Origin: a virus | Strand: one strand, 5' to 3' | Virus record (IMG/VR): IMGVR_UViG_3300044701_002547 | Location: 41,676 to 105,675 of that record | Length of the DNA: 64,000 nucleotides | In this document: in pieces, positions 1 through 9,501 of the stretch | How positions within the stretch are numbered: position 1 is the stretch's first letter | Layout: each line of letters starts with the position of its first letter | Program-made: the position numbers and the translations under genes | The notes under the pieces: generated by a model | Database searches by the model: none | What the model was told of the DNA's origin: nothing | The model's input: only the letters and a program-made list of their open reading frames with translations

Positions 1-2448
1 CATATCTCTGTGGATAAGATTGATAATATGCTGAAACAGATTAAAAAGCATCTAAAAGAAGATGGAATCTGTTCCTTTGGTATATCTAAAATTCCTCATG
101 AAGTTGTAATTGATGACCAATTATACATTCTTCATCAATCAGTTTTTCCTCCAATCTGGTGGAAGAATAAACTTATTCAAAATGGATTTGAAATTTTAGA
201 TAATGGGCGCAATGATGAAAATTATTTTGGTTATATTTTTAATAATGTAATTAGAACAGATTGTCAGGAAAGTTCTTGTTATTTTTGTTGTAGAATACAA
301 AAAACTCAACAAAAATATAATTCTTCTGATTTGACTGAACTTCTTCATAATTACATTAATCAACCAGAGAACGCAGAACACAACTTTGATTTAGCAGTTT
401 ATTATCATGACATCGGACAGACTGCTACAGCAGTTTCTTATTATCTCCGTGCGGCAGAAAGAACAGATGATGACCTTCTTAAGTATGAGTGTCTGATTCG
501 TGGTGCTATGTGCTTTGATTCGCAGGGTACTCGCAACTTTACTGTGAAAGGTTTTCTTCTACACGCTCTTGCGATTTGTCCCAAAAGACCAGAAGCTTAT
601 TATCTGATGAGTAAGTTTTATGAAAAGGAAAATAAAGATGGAAGTTGGAATGAATCTTTCACAATTTCTTCTATAGGATTGAAAGTTGCTGATTTAAATC
701 CATCACCACTGAGAACAGTCGTGAATTATCCTGGGGAATATGCGCTTCTTTTTCAGAAAGCAATCAGCAGTTGGTGGTGTGGGTTGTGTGAAGAATCAAG
801 AGATTTACTTTTAGATCTTCTTAAGAATTATCAGATGGCAGATACTTTCCAACAAAAAGCTATTGATAATCTTAAAAAAATGAATGTTGAAATAGATTTA
901 AATCAGTTATTTAAAAACAAACTTCCTATGAACATCAATAATAAAAAAATCTCAACTGAAGATTTTGATTGGGGAGTATTATCTGATGAGGAAAAAAATA
1001 TCATTGGGAAAGAAATATTTCAAGATCATATCTATGATAGATTTTTTTCAGTAAAAGAAAATGACATTGTAATGGACATTGGTGCAAATGTTGGAGCATT
1101 TTCTTATTCAGTATTAAATAAAAATCCAAAACATATTTACTGTATAGAACCTTCTGTCAATTTAATTGACACTATCAAAAATAATTTAAGTGGATTTCCC
1201 GTAACTATTATTGATTCTTCAGTTTCTAGTGAAACTTGTGATTTCAAAGAACCTACTGAAAATGATTACATTCATTTTCATCAAGGATTTTATAAATCAA
1301 AAACCTTTAAAGACATTCTTAGGGAAAATAATATTAATCACATAGATTTTCTAAAAATTGACTGTGAAGGTGGAGAATATGATGTATTTACTGAAGAAAA
1401 TAAAAATTTTCTCTTGAATAATGTTAAGTACATCGCAGGTGAGTGGCATTTTACCAGTAATGGTAATTCTATGGAAAAATTTAGAAATTTTATAAATCTT
1501 TATTTAAAGGATCATAATAATTATAAAGTGTTTGAACTGAGTGGTAGAGAAATAACTGATATAATCTTCAATGAAGACTTTCTTGTACCATTTGAACAAT
1601 GGTATAATGAATATGGTCATGCACAGTTTATGATTTATATTGAAAATAATATCGAAGATAAAAAAAAAAGTATTCCGGTGATTGGAACGGCGGTTGTAAA
1701 TAATTGTTATTGGATAAAACGTCTTTTAGAAAGCGTTGATTATCCAGTTGATAATTTTGTTATTATTAATAATAATGGAAGAGGTCAGCTTGATGAAGAA
1801 TTAAATAACTTAACCAAGATCACCCACAAATATATTAAAAATATTAAAGTTTGTCATATGCCAGCAAACATTGGATGTGGTGGTGCTTGGAATTTAATTA
1901 TTAAATCTTATATGATGGCACCTTATTGGATTATTGTGAGTGATGATGTTGCTTTTTGCCCTGGATTCTTAGAGGAAATGGTTTCCGTTGCCGAATCTGA
2001 TTCTGAGATTGGAATAATTCACGGACACGCTGGAGACTTTGGTGTGGGTAGTTGGGATGTATTCTTAATGAGGGATCATGTCGTTCAAAAGTTTGGATTG
2101 TTTGATGAGAATTTATATCCTGCTTATTGTGAAGACTCTGATTACATAATGAGATTTCAACATCATTCCATTAAAAAAGTAATGTCCCTGAACTCAAATT
2201 ATTATCACGGGCACGGGGATAAGACTGAATATTATAAAGAGGGATGTCAAACACAAAAAAGTGAACCAGAACTTAAAGAAAAATTAGATCATTCAAATAA
2301 TTTAAATATAGAATATCTGACAGAAAAATGGGGACCTGGTTGGAGAATGTGTAGCCCTGAAGATTTACCATTTAAAGGAAAGGAACATTCAATTTCAGAA
2401 ACAACATATGATTTAAGTTTTGTAAGAAGAAAACATCTAGGATTTTAA
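1..2448 (+). CDS. Multidomain protein, 5'-truncated: TPR-like region + FkbM-type methyltransferase + glycosyltransferase-like C-terminus
   Basis: Frame is open from base 1. TPR-like helices (AVSYYLRAAE...PKRPEAYY); FkbM motifs DIGANVG and LKIDCEGGEY; C-terminal GT-like NIGCGGAWN, DDVAF, FDENLYPAYCEDSDY. Confidence 0.7.
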   Translation, partial: HISVDKIDNMLKQIKKHLKEDGICSFGISKIPHEVVIDDQLYILHQSVFPPIWWKNKLIQNGFEILDNGRNDENYFGYIFNNVIRTDCQESSCYFCCRIQKTQQKYNSSDLTELLHNYINQPENAEHNFDLAVYYHDIGQTATAVSYYLRAAERTDDDLLKYECLIRGAMCFDSQGTRNFTVKGFLLHALAICPKRPEAYYLMSKFYEKENKDGSWNESFTISSIGLKVADLNPSPLRTVVNYPGEYALLFQKAISSWWCGLCEESRDLLLDLLKNYQMADTFQQKAIDNLKKMNVEIDLNQLFKNKLPMNINNKKISTEDFDWGVLSDEEKNIIGKEIFQDHIYDRFFSVKENDIVMDIGANVGAFSYSVLNKNPKHIYCIEPSVNLIDTIKNNLSGFPVTIIDSSVSSETCDFKEPTENDYIHFHQGFYKSKTFKDILRENNINHIDFLKIDCEGGEYDVFTEENKNFLLNNVKYIAGEWHFTSNGNSMEKFRNFINLYLKDHNNYKVFELSGREITDIIFNEDFLVPFEQWYNEYGHAQFMIYIENNIEDKKKSIPVIGTAVVNNCYWIKRLLESVDYPVDNFVIINNNGRGQLDEELNNLTKITHKYIKNIKVCHMPANIGCGGAWNLIIKSYMMAPYWIIVSDDVAFCPGFLEEMVSVAESDSEIGIIHGHAGDFGVGSWDVFLMRDHVVQKFGLFDENLYPAYCEDSDYIMRFQHHSIKKVMSLNSNYYHGHGDKTEYYKEGCQTQKSEPELKEKLDHSNNLNIEYLTEKWGPGWRMCSPEDLPFKGKEHSISETTYDLSFVRRKHLGF

Positions 2449-2449
2449 A

Positions 2450-3868
2450 ATGAATAATTTAATTAATTTTCCTGTCATAAATTGTGTGACACTAGAACAA
2501 TCTAGTCATAGGCATCAAATTATTTCACAACAAGTTGAAAAATATAATTTAAATATTAAATTTTGCTATGCTTATGATGGTGTAAATAATTCTTTAAGTG
2601 ATATCTCTGATGTTTCTAGTCCTTTTTTGGGTGAGATGAATCGAGGTGAAATCTGTGCGGTTATATCTCACCTTAGGGCTATATCTGAATGGTATACAAA
2701 TACGGATGAGGAGTATGGATTTTTTTGTGAGGATGATGTTTTACTAGAACTAAATGAAAAATGGAATTTCACATGGGATGATTTTATTAATCATTTACCT
2801 TCTAATTGGGGAATCATACAACTTTCTTTAATCAGAAACTTTGAAACCGAAACTTCTGATAGTGCAGATAGGTTTATGAAGTTTCATTCGTATGTATGGG
2901 ATAATTGGTCAGCTTGTTCTTACATTGTTTCAAGAAGATATGCAAAACAACTTATTGATTTTCACTGTAAAGGGGAAAATATATTTGATTTAAATCTACC
3001 ATATTATCCTAATACAGTTCCTTTTATTGAAAATGTTTTGTTTAATGCAGACAATAAAGAAACAGTATATACTCTTCCATTGTTTGTAGAAAATACGGAG
3101 ATTGCGTCCTCTTTTTATCCTAAGTTTATTGAATCAAATCTTAAGGATAATCAGAAATATTCTTCACATTTAGTTCGTGATTGGTGGGAAAAATATGGAA
3201 AATCTAAATCGGTAGAATGGTTTTTCAGTGAAGATTCGGAAGATCAAGAAGAAACAAACTTTTTATTAGTCAATCCTGGATATGTAAAAACCAGAGGGAC
3301 TTGTTGGATTGTTGATAATTTTTATGAGAATCCAGATCAGATGAGAGAATTTGCTTTAAAACAAGACTATCTTGAAGGTGGTCTTGGAAGAGGATTCATT
3401 GGTAGAAGAACTCACCAGCAATTTTTATTTCCAGGTTTAAAGGAAAGATTTGAAGAAATAATGGGTAAAAAAGTTACGGGATGGGAAGGATATGATATGA
3501 ATGGTAGATTCCAGGTTGCTTGGGCTGGAGAACCTTTAGTATGGCATTGTGATAATCAACAATGGGGTGGAATGTTATATCTAACTCCAAATGCTCCTTA
3601 TCAATGTGGAACAACTTTATATGCTCATAAACAAACTAGAGCAAGAACTTTTCATGATGAAGGATGGGATGCTGCTTGGAAAGATATTCCTGGAGATCCA
3701 CATTTAGATGGAACTCCTTGGGAACCTGTAGATGTTCTTGGAAATGTCTATAATCGTCTTGTTATTTTTGATGCTAGTGCCATTCATTCTGCTTCAGAGT
3801 ATTTTGGTACGGTGATGGAGAATGCGAGATTGTGGCAGATGTTCTTTTTTGATGCTGAACCCGATTGA
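2450..3868 (+). CDS. GT25-like glycosyltransferase fused to a 2OG-Fe(II) oxygenase-like domain
   Basis: N-terminal GEICAVISHL...FCEDD...SACSYIVSR (GT25-like); C-terminal VDNFY, WHCD, YNRLVIFD...HSA (HxD...H oxygenase). Confidence 0.7.
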   Translation: MNNLINFPVINCVTLEQSSHRHQIISQQVEKYNLNIKFCYAYDGVNNSLSDISDVSSPFLGEMNRGEICAVISHLRAISEWYTNTDEEYGFFCEDDVLLELNEKWNFTWDDFINHLPSNWGIIQLSLIRNFETETSDSADRFMKFHSYVWDNWSACSYIVSRRYAKQLIDFHCKGENIFDLNLPYYPNTVPFIENVLFNADNKETVYTLPLFVENTEIASSFYPKFIESNLKDNQKYSSHLVRDWWEKYGKSKSVEWFFSEDSEDQEETNFLLVNPGYVKTRGTCWIVDNFYENPDQMREFALKQDYLEGGLGRGFIGRRTHQQFLFPGLKERFEEIMGKKVTGWEGYDMNGRFQVAWAGEPLVWHCDNQQWGGMLYLTPNAPYQCGTTLYAHKQTRARTFHDEGWDAAWKDIPGDPHLDGTPWEPVDVLGNVYNRLVIFDASAIHSASEYFGTVMENARLWQMFFFDAEPD

Positions 3869-3893
3869 CAGAATCATATAATTCTCTTATAAT
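3865..3893 (+). promoter_or_regulatory. Consensus sigma70 promoter
   Basis: TTGACA-17bp-TATAAT. Confidence 0.85.
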
Positions 3894-3898
3894 ATCAA

Positions 3899-3999
3899 AG
3901 TCTTCAACTTCTTTGTATCTTTGAGAATGAAGACCTTCTCTGTGGTGGGAGAAGTGAAATGGTGGTATAATAAGGGGAGAGAAATCTCCTCTTTTTTCT
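3899..3999 (+). ncRNA. Candidate ~100-nt small RNA
   Basis: Lies between a consensus promoter and an intrinsic terminator; hairpins GTCTTCA/TGAAGAC and CTTCTC/GAGAAG; no convincing ORF. Confidence 0.5.
3973..3999 (+). terminator. Intrinsic terminator
   Basis: AGGGGAGA-GAAA-TCTCCTCT followed by a T tract. Confidence 0.75.
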
Positions 4000-4029
4000 T
4001 ATATAAATTAATATAAAATAACATAAACT

Positions 4030-4266
4030 ATGAACTTTACTGTATATTCAAAATCAGAGTGCCCTTATTGCTATAAAGTCAAACAAGTATTGGAATTGAC
4101 AGGAAGCAACTTTGTGGTGTATAATTTAGGAGAAGATTTTACTAGAGAAGAATTCACAACAGAATTCGGACCTAACGCAACATTTCCTCAAGTTCTTTGT
4201 GAAGACAAGAAACTTGGGGGTTGTATAGATACAATTAAATTTTTGAAAGAAAAACAAATTGTCTAA
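4030..4266 (+). CDS. Glutaredoxin
   Basis: CPYC active site, TFPQV, GG motif. Confidence 0.9.
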   Translation: MNFTVYSKSECPYCYKVKQVLELTGSNFVVYNLGEDFTREEFTTEFGPNATFPQVLCEDKKLGGCIDTIKFLKEKQIV

Positions 4267-4471
4267 AGTAAAGATAAATAATAATGACCACAGAAATCGT
4301 GGCATTGAAGTTCTATTATATGGAGGAAACAGAAAGCAAACCTATCCTTTCCATATCATTTTTGAGAAGATGGTATGCTTTCTAAATCGGGAAGTTACCA
4401 TTTATTTTGAATTTTCTTTTTCATTAAGGAAAAAAATAGTTTCCCGGAGAAAAAAAGATGTTAGCAGTTAG
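4259..4471 (+). CDS. Hypothetical protein
   Basis: ORF overlapping both neighbours in an operon. Confidence 0.5.
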   Translation: MSKVKINNNDHRNRGIEVLLYGGNRKQTYPFHIIFEKMVCFLNREVTIYFEFSFSLRKKIVSRRKKDVSS

Positions 4472-4688
4472 TTTAGTTTTCGGTTCATTTTTAATTGTTT
4501 TATTTTTTATTCTTGGGATTGTGCTTGGATGGGTTTCTAGAGAATATATGATGGAGCATCAAGACAAACCAAAACTACACCCAGAGTTTTTTGATCAACA
4601 TGGTAATGTAATTCCTGATGAAGTGGTTGCCGTAACCTTTCAAGAAGGATTGTTTGACGATTATGATGATGAAGATGAAGAAGAATAA
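4458..4688 (+). CDS. Small membrane protein
   Basis: N-terminal TM helix, HPEFFDxxGN motif, acidic tail. Confidence 0.7.
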   Translation: MLAVSLVFGSFLIVLFFILGIVLGWVSREYMMEHQDKPKLHPEFFDQHGNVIPDEVVAVTFQEGLFDDYDDEDEEE

Positions 4689-4729
4689 TATTATAAATTA
4701 ACTTATAGAAAACTTTATTTTTAATTTTT

Positions 4730-5353
4730 ATGACTACAAAACCGACTGTGACTAAAAAATCACCAACTACGAAGATTTTAAAAACAACTACACCAAAAAC
4801 AAAGGCAGCAGTTGAAACAATTCCAGATCTCCCCACAAATCCTTTTGTGTTTGAAATTTTGAACGCTGTCTGTAAGCAAAGAAGCAATGCTAAAAAAGTA
4901 GAGGCTCTCAGAAAATATGACCATCCTTGTCTAAAAACACTTTTTATTTGGAATTTTGATGAAAGTATTATTTCTATGCTTCCAGTAGGGGATGTTCCTT
5001 ATGCAAGCGTTGGGGAACAAAATTCTTTCAGTGGAACTGTTAGTGAGAAGATTACTGATGCCGTTTCTAAAATGGAAGAAATAGGTAGCAATTCTCTTGG
5101 ATCTCAGGATCAGGGACGTTCTTCAATTCGTAAAGAGTATCAAAAATTTTATAATTTTGTAAAAGGTGGCAATGATGGTCTGAGTTCTCTTCGTAGAGAA
5201 ACAATGTTCATTAATATTCTACAAGGACTTCATCCACTTGAAGCAGAAATTCTAATTCTTGTTAAAGACAAGAAACTGCAAACAAAATATAAGATTACAA
5301 AAGAAATTATTGTTGAAGCATACCCTGACGTTCAGTGGGGGGGACGATCATAA
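4730..5353 (+). CDS. Conserved T4-like phage hypothetical protein
   Basis: 207-aa ORF with RRETMFINILQGLHPLEAEIL motif. Confidence 0.7.
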   Translation: MTTKPTVTKKSPTTKILKTTTPKTKAAVETIPDLPTNPFVFEILNAVCKQRSNAKKVEALRKYDHPCLKTLFIWNFDESIISMLPVGDVPYASVGEQNSFSGTVSEKITDAVSKMEEIGSNSLGSQDQGRSSIRKEYQKFYNFVKGGNDGLSSLRRETMFINILQGLHPLEAEILILVKDKKLQTKYKITKEIIVEAYPDVQWGGRS

Positions 5354-5374
5354 CTATAGTTTGGAGTTTAGATA

Positions 5375-5731
5375 ATGAGAAATAAAACACAAGAAACGTC
5401 TGAAAAGACTTTAAAAGAAGAAAACCATATGGAATTTTGGACACCAGCGGAAAAAGAATCCTGTAAGTCACGCTACGGTTGTGAAATAATGGTTGAAAAT
5501 GGTTCTTATGCTGAAGTCTGTACCAAAGAAGCTCCAAATGATGCTTACATTATCAAATACATGGTAGATGATAAGATTTGTTTTGATCTTACAAGAGGAA
5601 CAAGAACTCGTTTGTTTGATATGTACTGGGATAAGTTTCGTGATAATCTGAAGAGTATTAGTTGGGGTTATGGTAAGCATAATCCTAAGACTTGGGGATA
5701 TAAATCTCCCGAAAAGAAAAAGCGAAAGTGA
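5375..5731 (+). CDS. Hypothetical protein
   Basis: 118-aa ORF in the operon. Confidence 0.65.
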   Translation: MRNKTQETSEKTLKEENHMEFWTPAEKESCKSRYGCEIMVENGSYAEVCTKEAPNDAYIIKYMVDDKICFDLTRGTRTRLFDMYWDKFRDNLKSISWGYGKHNPKTWGYKSPEKKKRK

Positions 5732-5813
5732 TTTCCCATATGGGGTAAAAAATTTTCGGGGTAAAAATTCCCTATTAAGATTTTTCAAAAAAGTAGCGAG
5801 ATGATACAATTTA

Positions 5814-5849
5814 GTATCTATTGCTACTTTTTTTATGTTGTGATAGAAT
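5814..5849 (+). promoter_or_regulatory. NtcA-type box overlapping the -35 of a sigma70 promoter
   Basis: GTA-TCTATTGC-TAC (GTA-N8-TAC) at 5814-5827; TTGCTA(5821)-17-TAGAAT(5844) with extended TG. Confidence 0.55.
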
Positions 5850-5860
5850 ATATACTATAA

Positions 5861-5953
5861 CGTTCATCCTACGGGACGGAAGTAAGCCGACGCGGAACGG
5901 ATCGTTCATTCGCTATTCGCAAATAGCGAACGCAAACGCCGACTGAAGGAACG
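5861..5953 (+). ncRNA. Tandem glutamine riboswitch (glnA-like + Downstream-peptide-like aptamers)
   Basis: Two CGTTCA...GGAACG units (5861-5899 containing CGGAAGTAAG; 5903-5953 containing CGCAAACGCCGACTGAAGGAACG) upstream of a YRG-motif peptide. Confidence 0.8.
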
Positions 5954-5984
5954 CTCTTTAACCTAAAAACTAAGGAGAACCCTA

Positions 5985-6116
5985 ATGTCACAAGTCGTAT
6001 ATCGTGGTGTTTCTTATGACACCGAAGTTCGTCGCCAGCAACAGCAGGCACAACAGCAACCCCAACAGTATAATGAGACTTATCGTGGGGTTAAGTTTGT
6101 AAAGGAGGTGAAGTGA
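5985..6116 (+). CDS. DUF4278-like peptide, 43 aa, Gln-rich
   Basis: AAGGAG SD; MSQVVYRGVSYDTEVRRQQQQAQQQPQQYNETYRGVKFVKEVK has two YRGV motifs; absent from the ORF track. Confidence 0.8.
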   Translation: MSQVVYRGVSYDTEVRRQQQQAQQQPQQYNETYRGVKFVKEVK

Positions 6117-6214
6117 TGAAAAAACTCAACTTCCTGCAACTTATCAAAGAACAAAAACAAAAAGAAGAGCGTCGTCATTTAGCACAATTAGCACAACTAA
6201 TCGGAGCAAAATAA
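6116..6214 (+). CDS. 32-aa peptide
   Basis: TGATG coupling and AGGAGG SD; MKKLNFLQLIKEQKQKEERRHLAQLAQLIGAK. Confidence 0.55.
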   Translation: MKKLNFLQLIKEQKQKEERRHLAQLAQLIGAK

Positions 6215-6300
6215 TGGCAAATCTCATAGTCTCAATGAGTGCTGGAATCGCTCTTTTGACTATTATTTTATCAATGTATATTCAGTGGCTTTATAAGTGA
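6214..6300 (+). CDS. 28-aa membrane peptide
   Basis: TAATG coupling; hydrophobic MANLIVSMSAGIALLTIILSMYIQWLYK. Confidence 0.45.
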   Translation: MANLIVSMSAGIALLTIILSMYIQWLYK

Positions 6301-6312
6301 TATTTTTTCCAA

Positions 6313-6349
6313 AGAGAGGATTGACAAGTCCTCTCTTTTTTTGTATAAT
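6313..6349 (+). promoter_or_regulatory. Terminator hairpin overlapping a consensus sigma70 promoter
   Basis: AGAGAGGA...TCCTCTCT + T tract; TTGACA(6321)-17-TATAAT(6344). Confidence 0.8.
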
Positions 6350-6680
6350 CAAAACAGAATATTAATCTAAATGGATAAGGACAAACTTAAATTAATTATT
6401 CGGAATATGGAACTGCTCTTGGACGCACTCAAGGCAGAAGTATATCCAGATACTCAGCAATATAAGTATGATGATATTCGTCCAGAAGAAGTTGATTATG
6501 ATGAGGTTTTTAACTAATGTCGGTAAGAGCAAAAAAACTTATAAAATTGCTTGGAAGATTAATTAAGCAAGATCACTTATATTCCGATGAACAATTAAAG
6601 GAAATGAAATCACAGTTGCGAATTATTAAGGAAGAATTTGCAGAACTAGAAGTAAAAACATCAAAAGGATTTGGTAAAAA

Positions 6681-7436
6681 ATGAAACCAATTAAAGCAAA
6701 AGACCTTCTTGAACTGGATCGTCATATGAAAGTTGTAATGATTCGTCAGACACAACTTCCTCAGACTCTTGTTTATCAGGCGGGTAAGAACGATTATTCG
6801 GAAGATCCCATTCACACCAAAATGACTCCTGGTGAAAAAGATTGTGGTAAATGGGTAATTGAACAACTTCTCGCAAATGAAAGAGGTCATTGGGGACCGC
6901 TGGAGCATCCTGCCATCTCTCTGGACTGTGTTGGATTCGTTCATAATGTGATTGTTCAGGCAAGAACTCACCGTGTTGGAGTATCCTTTGATGTTCAGTC
7001 TCAGCGTTATACTGGTCGTCGCGTATTGAAGGTTGCTAAGGGAGAACTGAAACCAGAAGAGGTTTATTATGTGCGCCCAGAAGGTCTCTACCTGGACCGT
7101 AAAGGGCACAAGTACGAATGGACAAGGGAAGATTATGAAAGGCAGTTAAAGTTCTGTCTGGCGGCATCTGAGAGGTATGCTGAGGGTTACGAACAGCGTG
7201 GTATGGCAGAGGAACATCTTCGTGACTACCTTCCTCAGAACATTCGTCAAAACTTTGTGGTCTCATTCTCTCTTCGTGCCGCACTGCACTTCTTAGACCT
7301 GAGAGCAAAACTGGATGCTCAAGTAGAGATTCAGGCACTTTGCGAAGGTATGGTCCCTGTAATGAAAGAATGGGTTCCTGAAATCTTCAGTTACTATGAA
7401 GAAAAGCGTCTGCACAAGGCACGTCTGAGTCCCTGA
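6681..7436 (+). CDS. thyX: Flavin-dependent thymidylate synthase
   Basis: HWGPLEH and QARTHRVGVSFDVQSQRY ThyX motif; AQVEIQ. Confidence 0.92.
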   Translation: MKPIKAKDLLELDRHMKVVMIRQTQLPQTLVYQAGKNDYSEDPIHTKMTPGEKDCGKWVIEQLLANERGHWGPLEHPAISLDCVGFVHNVIVQARTHRVGVSFDVQSQRYTGRRVLKVAKGELKPEEVYYVRPEGLYLDRKGHKYEWTREDYERQLKFCLAASERYAEGYEQRGMAEEHLRDYLPQNIRQNFVVSFSLRAALHFLDLRAKLDAQVEIQALCEGMVPVMKEWVPEIFSYYEEKRLHKARLSP

Positions 7437-7466
7437 TCTAAATAATCTTACATATTATTAAAACTT

Positions 7467-7709
7467 ATGGCAATATATCCAATTATTCATAAAGAAACTG
7501 GCGAAAAGAAAGTCGTTGAAATGAGTGTTAACGACATTATGCAGTGGTATAAAGACAATCCTGAATGGAAAAGAGATTGGTCTGAGGGGTGTGCTACTCC
7601 CGGTGAAGTGGGAGATTGGCGCAATAAATTAATTTCTAAGCATCCTTCATGGAATCAGGTATTGGACAATGCAAGTAAAGCACCAAAATCAACTGTAAAA
7701 AAACTCTAA
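7467..7709 (+). CDS. Conserved hypothetical protein upstream of phoH
   Basis: 80-aa ORF after a CTAAATA late-promoter-like motif. Confidence 0.7.
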   Translation: MAIYPIIHKETGEKKVVEMSVNDIMQWYKDNPEWKRDWSEGCATPGEVGDWRNKLISKHPSWNQVLDNASKAPKSTVKKL

Positions 7710-7710
7710 T

Positions 7711-8463
7711 ATGGCAAGAAGAAAAAGAGCAGAGCAACCAATCGGGGTTGGTCTTACAACTCGTCAAATGAAGCGTAAAAAACCGTTAAGTGCTGAATAT
7801 CTAGTAGATATTGACCCACTTACCGAAAATCAAAAGAAACTTTTTAATTCTTATGCCGCCCAAAAGCACTTGGTTGCCTATGGGTGTGCCGGTACGGGTA
7901 AAACTTTTATCACTCTTTATAATGCTCTTCGTGAGGTTTTGGATGAAAGAACACCCTACGAAAAAATCTATCTTGTTCGTTCTTTAGTTGCCACAAGAGA
8001 AATTGGATTTCTTCCCGGTTCTTATGATGATAAGTCGGACATTTACCAGATTCCTTATAAGAATATGGTGAAGTATATGTTCCAACTTTCAAGTGATGCC
8101 GAATTTGAGATGCTTTATGGCAATCTCAAGGCACAGGAAACCATTAAGTTCTGGAGCACTTCATTCCTCAGAGGAACCACTCTCGATAATTCTATTATTA
8201 TTGTGGATGAGTTTCAAAATATGTCATATCACGAACTAGATTCTATTATCACTCGTGTTGGTGAGAACTCAAAGATTATGTTCTGTGGAGATGCGTCTCA
8301 GAGCGACCTTCAGAAAACAAATGAGCGTAATGGAATCGTTGATTTTATGACCGTATTGCGTAAAATGCCATCATTTGATATAATCGAATTTGGTGTAGAT
8401 GATATTGTTCGTTCTGGACTTGTCAAAGAATACATTATTGCAAAACTAGAAGCAGGTTTTTAA
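7711..8463 (+). CDS. phoH: PhoH-family ATPase
   Basis: GCAGTGKT, LRGTTL, IIVDEFQN, GDASQSD, IVRSGLV. Confidence 0.95.
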   Translation: MARRKRAEQPIGVGLTTRQMKRKKPLSAEYLVDIDPLTENQKKLFNSYAAQKHLVAYGCAGTGKTFITLYNALREVLDERTPYEKIYLVRSLVATREIGFLPGSYDDKSDIYQIPYKNMVKYMFQLSSDAEFEMLYGNLKAQETIKFWSTSFLRGTTLDNSIIIVDEFQNMSYHELDSIITRVGENSKIMFCGDASQSDLQKTNERNGIVDFMTVLRKMPSFDIIEFGVDDIVRSGLVKEYIIAKLEAGF

Positions 8464-9140
8464 TGTTTAATCATCTTGATAATGTACTTCCTCAACTTGA
8501 AAGAGAAACAATTGATGGAGTCCGATATTATTCCGTACCCGATGAAGACCAACTACTCAAGTTGGTCTCTATCACTTCCGTAACCAGTCATTTTAATAAG
8601 GAAATCTTTGTTAAGTGGAGAAAAAAGGTCGGCACAGAAGAGGCTGACCGTATCACCAAAGCAGCAACAAGTCGTGGAACAGACCTACATACTTTAGTTG
8701 AGAACTATCTTTATAATAGGGACCTTCCTCCTGTTCAACCCATATCAGATTTTCTTTTTAAGATTGCTAAATCTAATCTGAATAGGATTGATAATATCTA
8801 CTGTCTGGAAGGAGCTCTATATAGTAAACAACTTGGTGTTGCCGGTACTACTGACTGTATTGCCGAGTTTGATGGAGAACTTGCCATCATAGACTTTAAG
8901 ACTTCTAAAAAACCAAAACCAAGAGATTGGATTGAGAATTATTTCGTTCAGGCTATGTTCTATGGAATGGCACTTTACGAGATGACAGATATTAAAGTTA
9001 AAAAACTTGTAATTATTATGGCGTGTGAAAATGGTGAATGTGTTGTTTATGAAGAAAGAGACCTGAACAAATATATGAAGCTTGTTGTGGAATATATTAA
9101 AAAGTTTGTGAATGATAAACTTGAACTAATGTCTGCTTGA
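8463..9140 (+). CDS. PD-(D/E)XK exonuclease
   Basis: RGTDLH, AGTTDCIAE, IIDFKTS, YFVQ; usual position after phoH. Confidence 0.85.
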   Translation: MFNHLDNVLPQLERETIDGVRYYSVPDEDQLLKLVSITSVTSHFNKEIFVKWRKKVGTEEADRITKAATSRGTDLHTLVENYLYNRDLPPVQPISDFLFKIAKSNLNRIDNIYCLEGALYSKQLGVAGTTDCIAEFDGELAIIDFKTSKKPKPRDWIENYFVQAMFYGMALYEMTDIKVKKLVIIMACENGECVVYEERDLNKYMKLVVEYIKKFVNDKLELMSA

Positions 9141-9165
9141 CTAAACTATTATTTTATCTTATAAT
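9137..9165 (+). promoter_or_regulatory. Sigma70 promoter
   Basis: TTGACT-17-TATAAT. Confidence 0.7.
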
Positions 9166-9186
9166 ACATATTATTAATGTTAAATT

Positions 9187-9501
9187 ATGGCAAATATATT
9201 AGAGACATTTCTAGAAATTAATATAGAATCTATGGAACAAACGGAAACGAACAAAGAATTAGAAAAAGCAATAGAAGATAAGTTTCTTACTCCTTCCAAG
9301 TTTGCTTTAGAAATTGAAAAAATAGTTGCGGAAGAAAACTGCAATTATATTGATGCTATTTGTCATTATTGTGAAATCAACGGTATTGATGTAGAATCGG
9401 TTACTAAACTAGTCTCCAAACCTCTCAAAGAAAGATTAAAGTATGATGCGATTAGTCTTAACTTTATGAAGAAAACTTCCCGTGCTCGTTTGCCTATCTG
9501 A
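9187..9501 (+). CDS. gp33: Late transcription coactivator gp33
   Basis: FALEIEKIV...YIDAICHYCE...LKERLKYDA; synteny 33-59-32. Confidence 0.85.
   Translation: MANILETFLEINIESMEQTETNKELEKAIEDKFLTPSKFALEIEKIVAEENCNYIDAICHYCEINGIDVESVTKLVSKPLKERLKYDAISLNFMKKTSRARLPI

Noticed and set aside
5869-6051. 60-aa minus-strand ORF
   Set aside because: Antisense to the riboswitch and the DUF4278-like peptide.
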